A stretch of DNA of 64,000 nt from contig NC_042998.1 of assembly GCF_006345805.1 (NCBI RefSeq), positions 77,066,001 to 77,130,000 of the forward strand. Reading direction: 5' to 3'. The notes beneath the pieces are model-generated. The model was not told the origin of the DNA and made no database searches. It was given only the letters and a program-made list of their open reading frames with translations. Of this stretch, positions 1-12,341 are shown piece by piece (position 1 is the stretch's first letter; each line of letters begins with the position of its first letter). The stretch comes from Octopus sinensis (taxonomy: Eukaryota). A program made the position numbers and the translations under genes.

Positions 1-129
1 TACCTTTGTGTGCCGGTAGCGCAGGGCTTGGAACTTCCTTGCATTAAACAGCTTCTCTATTGACATTTTAGCCTTTCCATGAGTAGGAGTACTTCGAAGT
101 TTTTATGTGTTCTTGTCTTGCTAAATTAC

Positions 130-660
130 TGAGATCACGTGCGCACTAGTTTTGCCGAAGATTAGACATGTATCTGCAGGGTATGTGATAGGAATTTGTG
201 ATTGCAAATTGTGAGAACATGAAATATAAGATGAACTTTGAAGGACATCCTGTGGGAATATTCAATGTGTGTATAACTGATGCTAATGTATGATAACAGA
301 GTGTTGGAAGTCATAGAAGCAAATATTTTACTAGCGTTGATGATGATTGTCAGTCGAATATTGATATGTAGAAATGAAGGAATTTTACATCCCTTGGAAA
401 TATGTTAGAGAATCAACCGAAGTGGGAAAGAACACATGACATAACTTGAATGTTTTTGTTCTATTAATGTGTATATTGAGATGCAGAGGAATAAAACCAA
501 GTAGTAGTTTCCTAAAATGGAAACTACCAAAATTTAAATGTAAATAATGATATATTCGTCGTCGCTCAGTGACAATCTATATTTGTAGTTTTGGTCTCTC
601 TGTTGAGTGTCTCCAGACCTAACCATACGACAACAATAGCAGTGGAATATGCTTATACCA
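130..660 (-). pseudogene. Possible decayed class-A GPCR-like coding remnant
   Basis: One minus frame reads ...SLSDDEYIIIYI*ILVVSILGNYYLVLFLCISIYTLIEQKHSSYVMCSFPLRLIL*HISKGCKIPSFL...ASMTSNTLLSYISIS. It has a TM1-like GN motif and later hydrophobic segments, but also in-frame stops and no intact DRY motif. Confidence 0.25.
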
Positions 661-2039
661 TTTATTACGTTATTAAAAAGGAAAGTGGGGATTATAGCCT
701 AAATTGATACATATTACCTTCCTGTTAATATAAGAGATTTAGTCAAATGCTGACGGTAATTACGTGCTATTTACTGTAATTACCAAGCGTGAGTAACTTC
801 AGGAAGTTGTCCTGCTACCGTGAGATCATATTGCGAGAAATTATTCGTACATCGTTAAGGTATAAGTCTTATTGTAATTTACTAAATTTGACAAATTCCG
901 TGCGCGTAGGATATAAACCAATACAATTTTGCATATCTCGGCAGAATATAAAATATTCATAGGTTCTCCGAAATGGGTTTTAGTGTACATCCATATGTCT
1001 TCGTGTCGGTATAATTGGACAATGTGGTTCATGTGGAAAATGAATTTTCTTGGATTCAGTATGTTCTTAAATAACTGATGGTCATGGGGATATAATGCTT
1101 AGTGATATACGAAGCATTGAAAATTAAATGTTCAGAAACAAGCGAATTATCTACGCATGTATGTATACATGCACGCATGTATGTATTTATGTATATATAT
1201 ATATATACATACATAGATGAATACATAATTCGCTTGTTTCTGAACGTTTAGTTCGGCAGGAATACTCAAAGACGAAGACTAAGTGCTATCACAGGGTCCA
1301 GAATCACGTGATATGAGTACGTCTACAACATATTTGCGATTTCTACTGGCTATTGTTAAGATGGCTTCTATATACTCGTTTCCACGAATTCAGACGTGTG
1401 TATATAAGTGGTTTACTGTGGTTTTTGAGCCATTTGATTCCTATTTCTAGCAATGCTGTGTACCATGCTTGTACCCGGATTATATATATATATATATATA
1501 AGTGAAATAAAACAATAATTATATTCTTTTGGCATCTTGATATAGATGATAATGATGATGGTGTGTTTAAAGTACACGCCACATAGAAAGCCTATATTTA
1601 CCAAAACACATGTCGGTGAGGGACGTATTATGCTAGAAACCTATTACAAAATATTCCCTGTAGGGATACTAAAACTAACGTGAAATAATTTCGGAAAATT
1701 AATATGAATAATCACGAAATGTTAGTATACAAAATAAAGGATTGCTACGTTTCAAGGATGTTTACAAATACAAAACAGAAGTTCCAATAACAGATAACTC
1801 GGGAGAAAACTAAGAAACAACAACAGGTATGGTGAAAAGGCTAAAAATCTAAAACTACAATTGTATGTATGTATATATGTGTGTGTGTGTGCGTGTGTGT
1901 GTGAGCGCATATATATGTGTGTATGTATATGTATATACATGTGTGTATGTATATGTATAAATGCATGTATATTTTCGTTTTATTTACTGATTGATCTTTT
2001 CAAATTGATAATTTGCAGATATTAAACTAACGTGGGGAT

Positions 2040-2520
2040 ATGGTTTAAAAATTCCACCTAATTAAGAGCCAGTTCCTAGCCCAGAAACAAAGCTGTTTTA
2101 TAGGTATATTGTATAAACTAACAAGAATTATACTTATGTATCTACACAAGTATTTATACATGCAAGCACGTATGACATTGCGAGGTTTTCGATTTTCGTA
2201 TTTGATCATGTTAGTATATCTTCTCATATGTGTTGACAATTATTAATGACCAACTACCGAATTATTTTACATGATTTCATAGTTCAAATACCATTTACGT
2301 ACTGCAACTATAATTTCCTATTTAGTCGTGTGGTTTATGGGTTTGTGACGTCTAGTTTAAGATTACCGCCTAGGTAAATCCTCCACAATGCAACAATGCA
2401 TCTAAAGCTAGTCTTCAGATGAATCAGCATTAGATTTCCCATTTTCTCGACAAATGTTTTCTTATCTGTAATATTTATCATAACAATAACATTGTTGAGC
2501 AACAGATTTTCCCTAATCTG
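2040..2520. repeat. Local direct duplication, copy 1 (copy 2 at ~5845-6325)
   Basis: About 480 bp align colinearly with 5845-6325, e.g. the shared AAATCCTCCACAATGCAACAATGCATCTAAAGCTAGTCTTCAGATGAA. There are scattered substitutions and small indels. Confidence 0.9.
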
Positions 2521-2830
2521 AAAGGTTTATTTTGCCCATCACAATTAATTTTAGATAGCCTGCGAAGCCAATGTTTTACAAAGTATTTTCCAAAAATATT
2601 CTACCAACAATAGTTTTCTCCTTATAACGAGTAAGTGTGCGCTTGCTTTATTTTAAATGTTTTTAATATTTTATATTGGGGATATGCTTTTGAAGTATTG
2701 CATAATGCTTTAGTCCCACAGGTAGCTAATAATTTCATGGATGCATAACTTGGCATAGCTACATCACCCGCGAAGATGAGCACTTAAACACTAACATAGA
2801 TGCGTACTTATATATATATATATATTTATG

Positions 2831-3001
2831 TACGGGAAGGGTCGTACTCTTTTAGTGCCTCACCGATTTCCACTCATTTACTTATTTATATTTGCTAAAA
2901 TTTTCGTTGCGACTTGCAACCTTTCCAATAGCAAAACTAAATGATGAGGAAATTGGTGTGTTAAATTAATAAGGCACTAAAAGAGAATGATTCTCCCCCG
3001 A
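2831..3001. mobile_element. Small MITE-like element with ~29-bp imperfect TIRs
   Basis: CTCTTTTAGTGCCT near 2847 and AGGCACTAAAAGAG near 2972 are inverted, and flanking similarity extends outward. Confidence 0.5.
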
Positions 3002-3706
3002 CACAATAAAATATGCTTCAACACACGAATCTACATAAGGAATCTTGCAAAACAAATACTAAAACGAGATATATATAAATATATATACTTTTCGTTGTCG
3101 TATCTGTTCTTGCTCTAGAGATGGACATGAGTTAAAATAATAAAATAAGAACAGTAATAAACGACTGAAGAAAAAATATATAGTGCGTGTGCTTATTTCG
3201 CGAAAAAAATGGCCATCCAGAAATACAACAATATATATATATATATATCTGTACACGTATATATTAATGTATTTAGATTAATGTCTACCTACCTTCAAGT
3301 TCACAGTATGAATCCTAAGTGTAAATCACTGCTAAATCCGAGGCGAATCCAAATGTAATCCGTATCGTAATTGTTCATGAACTATAAGAAAAAAAGGTAA
3401 AATGCATGAATATATATTTAGCACTGGCAGAAAAGCATACACACGGGCACACACACACACGCGCGCACACACGTACACAAGCACACACACTCACACGCAC
3501 ACACAGTTATGTGGCACTTATACATTCATGTAACGTGTGTGGAAAAAGATCGAAGAAAGAATGATGATTACTCTTCTTTTATAATGGTGGCCCTTTCTAC
3601 GTGAACGGGAATTTATTATCCATTACTTGTATTCGTTATCAGACTGCAGCAGTGCTGGGGCACCGAATTGAGGTTTTTCGTCAAAAGAACACACACACAC
3701 ACACAT

Positions 3707-3726
<20 letters not shown>

Positions 3727-3737
<11 letters not shown>

Positions 3738-4410
3738 AAGAAAACAAAAAAATGGAACAAGAACGTAAGAGGCGACAGCAAAGCATCCGGACAGTTAGCC
3801 GATACAAAAAAGGGCAGGAAAAAGCAAGCACGGGACATTGGGAGCTTCCTATCCTCAGTCGAGTTCCAGATCATCGTTCCAGTTTCTGCCGGTTACACTC
3901 CAGACTGCTCTAATCTGGCCGGCCCTAAGAAACCCTAAACTAAGAGCACCATACTTCTTGGAAGAAAGCAAGCGAATGTATATGAAAAGAAGGGCGAAAA
4001 AAAAAACGGAGGAATGGTACAAAACTACAAATACAAACAACAGGACTTTAACAACAGTTGCCTTTCGGCTAAGGACGAATTGGATTAAGCTGGCGTGTGT
4101 GGAAGTGAAGCCTTAAGGCAGGAACGTAAGAGATGAAAGTCATGGGAAGGAATATAAGAGAAGCTACACGGATGGTAGTCGAGCCAAGACAGAAAGGTCA
4201 GGCTTGGCGGAACACCAGTCACGTGGAATGAAAGGAGAGAGGTAGGGGCAGAGGGACGAGAGAATATGAAAGAAAATGGACAGTGAGGTAAAGGAGAGGG
4301 AAGTGTGATGGAAGGGAAGGCCAAGAAATGCAAGGGAAGGGGAGCGAGGAAAGAAAAAGTGGAAAGAACGAAGAGAGTGTGAAGGAGTCTAAAAAAAGAG
4401 CAAAAGAGTC
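3727..4410. mobile_element. Dispersed repeat, probably Penelope-associated terminal repeat family
   Basis: Begins directly after (TA)n. Its 5' part (AAATGGAACAAGAACGTAAGAGGCGACAGC...TATCCTCAGTCGAGTTCCAGATC) is repeated at 4555-4702. The minus strand carries a CTGAGGA motif. Confidence 0.5.
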
Positions 4411-4489
4411 ATACAGCATTTAGATATATATATGTACTTACATACAGGAGACCAAAAGTGTACGTACGCCGCTATATATGCATACATAC

Positions 4490-4554
<65 letters not shown>

Positions 4555-4558
<4 letters not shown>

Positions 4559-4702
4559 GAAAAGAAAAATGGAGCAAGAACGTAACAGGCGGCAACAAAA
4601 CATCGGAACAGTTAGATGGTACAAAAAAAGACAGGAAAACACAAGGGCGGGTCATTCGGAGCTTCGTATCCTCAGTTGAACTCCAGATCGTCGTTGCAGC
4701 CA
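4555..4702. mobile_element. Second, shorter copy of the 3727 repeat
   Basis: AAAATGGAGCAAGAACGTAACAGGCGGCAAC...TATCCTCAGTTGAACTCCAGATC aligns to 3745-3880, with (TA)n to its left. Confidence 0.75.
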
Positions 4703-4779
4703 TGGGTGTATGTGTGTATGTCTGTATGCATGTATGTATGTATGTATGTATGTACGTATGTGTATATATATATATGTGC

Positions 4780-4832
<53 letters not shown>

Positions 4833-4880
4833 TACATATATATATACATACATATATATATAATGATAAATCTCAGAGCG

Positions 4881-5035
4881 AGAGACGGGGAGGATGACTT
4901 CCCTTCACAAATACTGAGAGGATACAGATAGTGTGTCTATAGCCAGCTGGAGGAGATATCTTCCTGGGGCTACAAACTACAGTAGCATCCACCCTTAGGG
5001 GTTAGCCATATTCAAATGGCAAATATGCGTCACCA
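4881..5035. mobile_element. Right-arm fragment of the long-TIR MITE family (full copy 56025-56472)
   Basis: GGATGACTTCCCTTCACAAATACTG...GGGGTTAGCCATATTCAAATGGCAAATATGCGTCACCA closely matches 56331-56472. Confidence 0.85.
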
Positions 5036-5081
5036 TATATATATATATATATTTACAGGAGAACAAAGTGTACGTACGCTG

Positions 5082-5159
<78 letters not shown>

Positions 5160-5161
<2 letters not shown>

Positions 5162-5340
5162 TCTTTTACTTGTTTCAGTCATTTGACTGCGGCCATGCTG
5201 GAGCACCGCCTTTAATCGAGCAACTCGACCCCAGGACTTATTCTTTTGTAAGCCTAGTACTTATTCTATCGGTCTGTTTTGCCGAACCGCTAAGTAACAA
5301 TGCTAGGGGGACAAACACAGACGCACAAACACACACACGC

Positions 5341-5373
<33 letters not shown>

Positions 5374-5468
5374 TACGATGGGCTTCTTTCAGTTTCCGCC
5401 TAGCAAATCCACTCACAAGGCTTTAGTCGGCCCGAGGCTATAGTAGAAAACACTTGCCCAAGGTGCCA
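5160..5468. mobile_element. Two tRNA-SINE fragments
   Basis: TTTTACTTGTTTCAGTCATTTGACTGCGGCCATGCTGGAGCACCGCC... (5160-5340) and a CORE-like CACTTGCCCAAGGTGCCAC segment (5372-5468). Both sequences recur many times in the window. Confidence 0.8.
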
Positions 5469-5474
5469 CATATA

Positions 5475-5603
5475 TCGTGAAGTATTTTTGCCACTTAAAT
5501 TTAGCTAACCCCTAAGGGTGGCTCCTACTGTAGCTTGTAGCCCCAGGAGTACACCTCCTGGCTATTGACACATTTTCTGTGTCCTTTCAATATTTGCCAA
5601 TTA
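5475..5603. mobile_element. Diverged left-arm fragment of the long-TIR MITE family
   Basis: TCGTGAAGTATTTTTGCC...GCTAACCCCTAAGGGTGG...GTAGCCCCAGGA matches 56025-56150. Confidence 0.75.
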
Positions 5604-5844
5604 TTGTAGTTTATTGCTCATTGTTTAGGCATATTCTCAACGTCTTCAGTCTATATTTATTTATCACAGCTATGTGCTATTTATATTGCATATTGCAAAA
5701 TTGTTAGCAGCTAGAGCTTGCTTAAACCTACTTTTGAAAATCTAGAAAAGACTGTTCGTAATCAGATATAACATGGGAATTAATATACATTTGAGTAAGA
5801 GTTTTAATCCAATTATTTCTTGGAATAATGTTTCACGTTATATT

Positions 5845-6325
5845 ATAAAAATTCCACCTACGTAATTAAGAGACAGTTCCTAGCAAAGTCACGAATCTAT
5901 TGTATAGGTATATTGTATAAACTAAAAATAATTATACTTATGTATCTACACAAGTATTTATACATGCGAGAAGTTATGTCATTGCGCAATCTTCGATTTT
6001 CGTATTTGTTCGCCTACATGTTAGTATATCTGCTCACATGTGTTGATAAATATTAATGACTAACTTCCGAATTATTTTACATAATTTCGTAGTTCAAATA
6101 CCATTTACGAATTGCAACTACAATTTCCTAATTAGCCGTGTGGTTTATGGCTTTGTGAAGTCCAGTTTCTTAAGATTATTGCCTAGGCAAATCCTCCACA
6201 ATGCAACAATGCATCTAAAGCTAGTCTTCAGATGAACCAACATGATATTTCCCATTTGCTCGACAAATGTTTTCTTTTGTGTAATATTTACCATAACAAT
6301 AATATTGTTGAGCAACTGATTTTCA
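5845..6325. repeat. Local direct duplication, copy 2
   Basis: Homologous to 2040-2520. It ends where the SINE head and L1-like insertion begin (6329). Confidence 0.9.
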
Positions 6326-6353
6326 CTAAGGCGTAGGAGTGGTTGTGTGGTAA

Positions 6354-7872
6354 TACCGCATATGCGCGTTGTTGTTGCTTCCTACAGAGAACTGAGGAGG
6401 ACGTGAGTGTGTTGGCTCCGTCCAATTTTAAACCGAAAGAAAAAAGAACAACAGCAGCATAAGGTCGTCGAGGTAGGTGGTTTTGTTTTCGTTTGAGCTG
6501 GGTGTAATTTGACAAATAGTAATTGTTTGTGTGTTGATAAATTTCGCCCAGCTCCGGGGCAATTCTGCCTGCTGTCGGCGGTTGCTCTTTGTTGTTTTGT
6601 TGTATTGGAAAAGAAAAAGGGGGCGTACCTTCGCCCGAACTTACTGGATTTTGCCAAAGAAACTTGTTGGATTACCATTGAACCTAAGAAGTTGGCCAGG
6701 AGTACCTGTTGGCCATTGATGTTTGCTGCGTGAACTGTTTTTCTTTTCTCTATTCTTCTGTTTTCTTTTTCTTTTTGGAACTGTTTTTGTGTCTTCTTTT
6801 TCTTTTTGGAACTGTTTTTGTGTCTTCTTTGGGTTTTATTTTTTATATTCATTTTTGGACTAACTTGTTTATTTCTTTTTGGACTTCTTGTTAATTTATT
6901 TGGACTTTCTTTCTCCTTTTGAACTGATTTTTAACATGGCAAATACAAAAAGTGTGTTAGAGTGGGAGGTTGTCCCACCTAAGCAATGGATTGAAAATCT
7001 TGAGAGGAGGACGGTGGTATTACGGACCTATTCTAGGTCGCGTGATGCCCTCGCCCCCTTCGATACGGATATCATAAAAAAAGAGGTGGCAAGGTGTTTG
7101 CCAGCTAAAACATACTTATAAGCCAGGAAAGTCAAATATGCAACGGTGTGGTTGCTGTTTGACTCCCCTTAGGAAGCTGGCACTCTGGCTAGCCAGCGCC
7201 TGCAAGGGGAAGAATTGTTGTCTTTCTCCCCTTTTTGTGGGAAGAGGGTGATAAGATCCTGGGTATGTGGGCTGCCCCCGGAGGCACCGAAGTGGGGTGG
7301 ATGGCAGATGCCACCGAGCGGGGCCTGGGAGATAGTAGACGTGAAGGTGATGCCTTCGGTCAGCTGGGATGTGCAAAGGCGACTTTGACCCTATGGACCC
7401 CAGTGACCTCGGGTGAAATGACTTTCCCTGACTTTTTGAAAATGGCTGGCTCCAGGAATTCAGTGATACTTGAGGATCACTCCCTCCCCAAGTGTCACTC
7501 GTGCCTGGAGTCGGTCCACATTAAAAAGGACTGCCCAAGGGGCCGTGGTAAGACCCCGGAGCAGAGAAAGGTGAAGATGCCATTGCAGGGAGAAACGGAG
7601 GAAGTCGTTGAGGCGTCGGCTTCAACGAAAAGAAAGAGAAAGGTGAGAAGTGGTGGTTGCTCACCAGCCGAAGTGCAGGCTGTGGGAGAGGAGGAAGACC
7701 TCCCGAATGTGCCGACGGAGGCCCCGACTTTCGCAACCGCAAAAAGAAAAAGGAGAAGGAAGAGAAACGGGAGACTGTCGGCGGATGTCGATGTGCCACC
7801 TACCTACCTACCGGTGGGAAGTGTACTGCCCTACTCTGTGTACTGCCCTTGCGGCAAACTATGTGAATAATA
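6354..7872 (+). mobile_element. L1/Tx1-like element carrying only ORF1 (gag-like CCHC knuckle), inserted in a SINE head
   Basis: About 580-bp T-rich leader, then ATG at 6936 (MANTKSVLEW...), an in-frame stop at 7119-7121 and a frameshift. It continues with the zinc knuckle CHSCLESVHIKKDC and a basic tail ending at TAA 7868-7870. The flanks AGGCGTAGGAGTGGTTGTGTGGTAA (6329-6353) and GTAGCTTGCTTACCAA (7873-7888) are contiguous in intact SINE copies such as 16244. Confidence 0.7.
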
Positions 7873-8959
7873 GTAGCTTGCTTACCAATCAAACTTTACC
7901 ATTTCTTATATATAATTTAATTAATTATCATGTAACAATTTCCTGGAAAATTACCTTATCTTTACTTCTCATAATATTTCTTTTATTTGTTCTTTTATAT
8001 AGTTGTATTTATTGTTATCTCTATTTAGCAGTTTGCGTGAAAACTTTTAGTCGAATGTATCGACCCTGGCACTTATTTTTTAAAAGCCTGGTAATTAGTC
8101 AATCTTTTTCTAAACCGTTAAGTTACGAGGATTAAATACAACACCAGTTGTCAAGTGGTGGTGGTGACACAAATAAACACACACACACACATAATGAGCT
8201 TTCTGTTTCTGTCTTCTAAAACCACCCACAAGGCTCTGGTCAGCCCAAGACTATAGCGAAAGACACTTGCCTAATATATCAGGTAGTGGGACGGGACTCA
8301 TAACCATGGGGCAATGAAGCAAACTGCTTACAACACAGATACGCTTGCTCCTATAATTAATAGTTTTTTCCCCCTGCAGGCTTACTGTTTAAGGCATGCA
8401 TGCTTTCAAAATAAAATGCAGGATAGAAATTCACTTCCGGTGCTAATAGATTTTACAACTAACTTACACTTGGTTGACTCTTATTGCGTACATAACGTTG
8501 ATCTTTACCCTTGCATCATTTTATGTTTTCGTTTCTAAGTAGTTTTTCTTTCTTTCACCCTACACTCTCTTTTCTTTCACTTTGATTTATCTATAAATCT
8601 CCAACCAATACCACTCCTTATTTAAATAAACATCCATATCTGCTTCTTCCTCTACAAATTATATAGTGGTATCTCTATTTTTGTACAATATTATTCCCTG
8701 TATAAACAAATGCATTTAATTTTCCCTATACAATTTCGTATGGATATGCTTTCCTTTCTTTTATGTAACTAGGTTTTATTTGGAAATAATTTTGAACAGA
8801 GTACTCCTAATATATTGTAGTTCTAGATTTATTTACAAATTGACTCAACCAAACACCCCCCCACAGACACATACACACACACACTCGCACGTATATGTTT
8901 ATGTATGTATCTATGTATATATTTATATGTGTGTGTATACGGGTATATAAATCTTCAAA

Positions 8960-9150
8960 GAGTATTCTCCTTCAAAGTAAATGAAGATATATGCTGTATA
9001 ACCTATCCCAATTGCAAGGAAGTTTATATGGCAGAAGCCAACAATTCTCTTCGGCAACGTGCAAGAATCCACAGGCAACATATCATTCAAACAGAATTCT
9101 GCAAGATTCCGCTTAGTAAGCATCGGTAAATATGTGGAAACAACATTATT
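8960..9150 (+). mobile_element. Penelope-like GIY-YIG endonuclease remnant
   Basis: ICCITYPNCKEVYMAEANNSLRQRARIHRQHI...KIPLSKH is homologous to the GIY-YIG region at 34958-35347 (LIYIIRCQ...YIGSTGNSIRQRCTVHRQQV). Confidence 0.8.
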
Positions 9151-9791
9151 GATGCCACATCCTTAATGTATGTCTTTTACTTAAACGCCTTCAGGCCGCG
9201 TTTTCCTCTTGGAAAGTCCCTTTAAGACGTAGAGTTTTAAAAACACTGTACTAGGCTAAACACATCACTCTGTATGTGAACGAGTTGGAAGGTATCGATA
9301 TTTCGCTGTTATTTTGTCTCATCGGTACAGTGTATATGCGGTTAGGTGCAACAGGAAGATTTTACGCTTTCCGCATATATCTCAGACCAACGATTTGATT
9401 TCGTTTCGAGGGTGATTCGAGTATACGATACCGATAAAAAGGAATAACTGCGGAATAGCAGCGGAATATCGATGTTTGCCGAACCCGTTCACCTACAGGG
9501 CTTTTCAGCTAGCTTGGTTTCGACATATTATTTTCATTCTTTTATTCTTTTAGTTGTTTCACTCATTTGGCTGTAGCCAAGCTGGGGCAGAGCTTAAAGG
9601 CTTTTTAGTCGAAACTATCGACCCCAGGACTTATTTTTTGTAAGCCTAGTACTATCGGTCTCTTTTACTGAACATCTAGGTTACGAGGACGTAAACACAA
9701 CAATACCTGTTGTTAAGCGTCGGTGAAGGAGAAAAACACAAACACAAACACAAAAATACATACACATAAAAACACAGACACAGACACACAG

Positions 9792-9829
<38 letters not shown>

Positions 9830-9987
9830 GTGTGGCTTTGTGATAAGAAGCCTACTTCTCAACCAAATTGTTTCGGGTTCATTCCCACTGATTGGCACCT
9901 TTGGTGCGTATTTTCTACTGTAGACTCGGGCCAACTAAAGCCTTGTGAGTGGATTGGTGAAGGAAACCTGGAAGAAGCCCATCGTAC

Positions 9988-10031
<44 letters not shown>

Positions 10032-10190
10032 GTACGATGGGCTTCTTCCAGGTTTCCTTCACCAAATCCACTCACAAGGCTTTAGTTGGCCCGAGTCTAC
10101 AGTAGAAAATACGCACCAAAGGTGCCAATCAGTGGGAATGAACCCGAAACAATTTGGTTGAGAAGTAGGCTTCTTATCACAAAGCCACAC
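9830..10190. repeat. 361-bp near-perfect palindrome of one SINE copy centred on (TA)n
   Basis: Arms 9830-~9995 and ~10025-10190 are reverse complements except for about one 1-nt indel. The ORF track gives the same peptide on both strands (WLCDKKPTSQPNCFG...). Confidence 0.95.
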
Positions 10191-10458
10191 TTGCACGTGT
10201 ACAGATTTTTGTTTTAGCACCCTGCATGTTAAAGGGATTTTTCCTGGACGAAATAACACAACCTGAAATCGTTTAAGGAAAAATATACATTATGTGACAT
10301 CAATAACATTAACTTGAGTAGAGATTCTTCTAACTCAATATATCATCTAACTCTCTCTCTCTCTATCTATCTATCTATCTGTCTATCTATCTACTTATCG
10401 ATCTGTCTATATAGACATACATACATATATATATATATATACATATATATGTATATAT

Positions 10459-10516
<58 letters not shown>

Positions 10517-10954
10517 GTATACATACATATGTATACATACATATATATATAGTTTACAAGATAAGGGCAAAAGATGTGCCGAAGATTTTCTATTTTGGAT
10601 ATATTTGGGGTACTTAGGTCTGCTCAGGACTTAGTGCGTGCTTTTTCCGTGGGTATAAGTGAGTATTTCACTTATATCTCGCGTATTTGTCGCTGAAGTG
10701 GAGAAAATTCTTACGAATTAACTCCGAAATTGGACCAATACGGTAATAACGAATTTTTTAGAAATTTCTATCGGTTTGTTTCGCGACACATAAATTATAA
10801 TGGTTATTGACAATTTTTGTTTCGGCATATTTGGCATTAGAATTTTTCTTTTGCCCTTATCTTGTAAATTACTTATAAATTTAACCTTTAAAGGTATTTT
10901 TTGATATGCTGGCCATTGATGAAATTTTTTTCCCGAAAAAGTTTTATCCTACAT

Positions 10955-10960
10955 TAGTTA

Positions 10961-11046
<86 letters not shown>

Positions 11047-11069
11047 ACTATCTATCTATCTATCCATCC

Positions 11070-11119
<50 letters not shown>

Positions 11120-11250
11120 ATGTATATATATATGTGTGTGTGTATATATGTATGTATATATAGATGTGTGTATATATGTATATATATATGTGTGTATATA
11201 TGTATGTATATATATGTGTGTATATATATGTATGTATATATATATGTGTG

Positions 11251-11286
<36 letters not shown>

Positions 11287-11597
11287 TATGAGTGTATATA
11301 TGTATATATATGTATGTATATATGTGTATGTATATATATGTATATATATATATGTATATATATGTATGTATATATATATACACATACATATATATACATA
11401 TATATATATATACATATATAATATATATATATACTATATACATATATATATACATATATATGTATACATATATATATACATATATATGTATACATATATA
11501 TACATATATATATATGTATATATATATATATAATATATATATATATATATTATATATATATATATATTATATATGTATGTATATATATATATATAGG
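10955..11597. repeat. Compound microsatellite (TATC)n then degenerate (TA/TG/CA)n
   Basis: Directly visible; it is the source of several spurious Y/I/M-rich ORFs. Confidence 0.95.
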
Positions 11598-12190
11598 AGT
11601 GACTCTGTGGTAAGTAGCTTACCATAGTAACAATAAGAAATTACGCCTCAGCAGTTATTCGCCCTGCTCTTTAGGTTCTCAAGCTCCACCGAATTCGACT
11701 TCACGTTTCATCCCCTCGGGGCGATAAAATAAGTATAAGTTGAACACTGGTGTCAATGTAATCAACCGTTTTTATCTGCTGGCGTATGAACGCATTTGCA
11801 ACTCAGCAGTCCAACAGCAATGGGAAAAAATGTTGAATGGATCAGAGGAGAGTAAGTTTGGGAATCATTACAACCCCAACGATATAGCAATCATATCTAC
11901 TTTGTACCATCACAATAACTAGGTAGCTGTGTCAATAAAACTAACAGTGAGCTGTCTCAATGTAACCAAGGCTATATATATATATACGAACCAGATCCCT
12001 TAAACCACATGTTCGCAATACTTATGTCAGTACATAACCAAAGAGAAAATCGCATATAGCTGAGTTTGTTAATCTCTCTCTCTCTTTCTCCCCCTCTTTA
12101 TACACACACACACACAAAAATTGTAATGTCCTTCTCACTGGAATTCGTTTTTGTTTCTTATTTTATTTTGCTGATTTGTTTTATACATAA

Positions 12191-12233
<43 letters not shown>

Positions 12234-12299
12234 CATACATACATACATACATACATACATACATACATACATGCATATATACATACACACATACTTGCA

Positions 12300-12341
<42 letters not shown>

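Noticed and set aside
3838-4419. ORFs 3838-4116, 4085-4333 and 4219-4419 as genes
   Set aside because: They lie within a purine-rich dispersed repeat and give low-complexity F/L/S/P translations.
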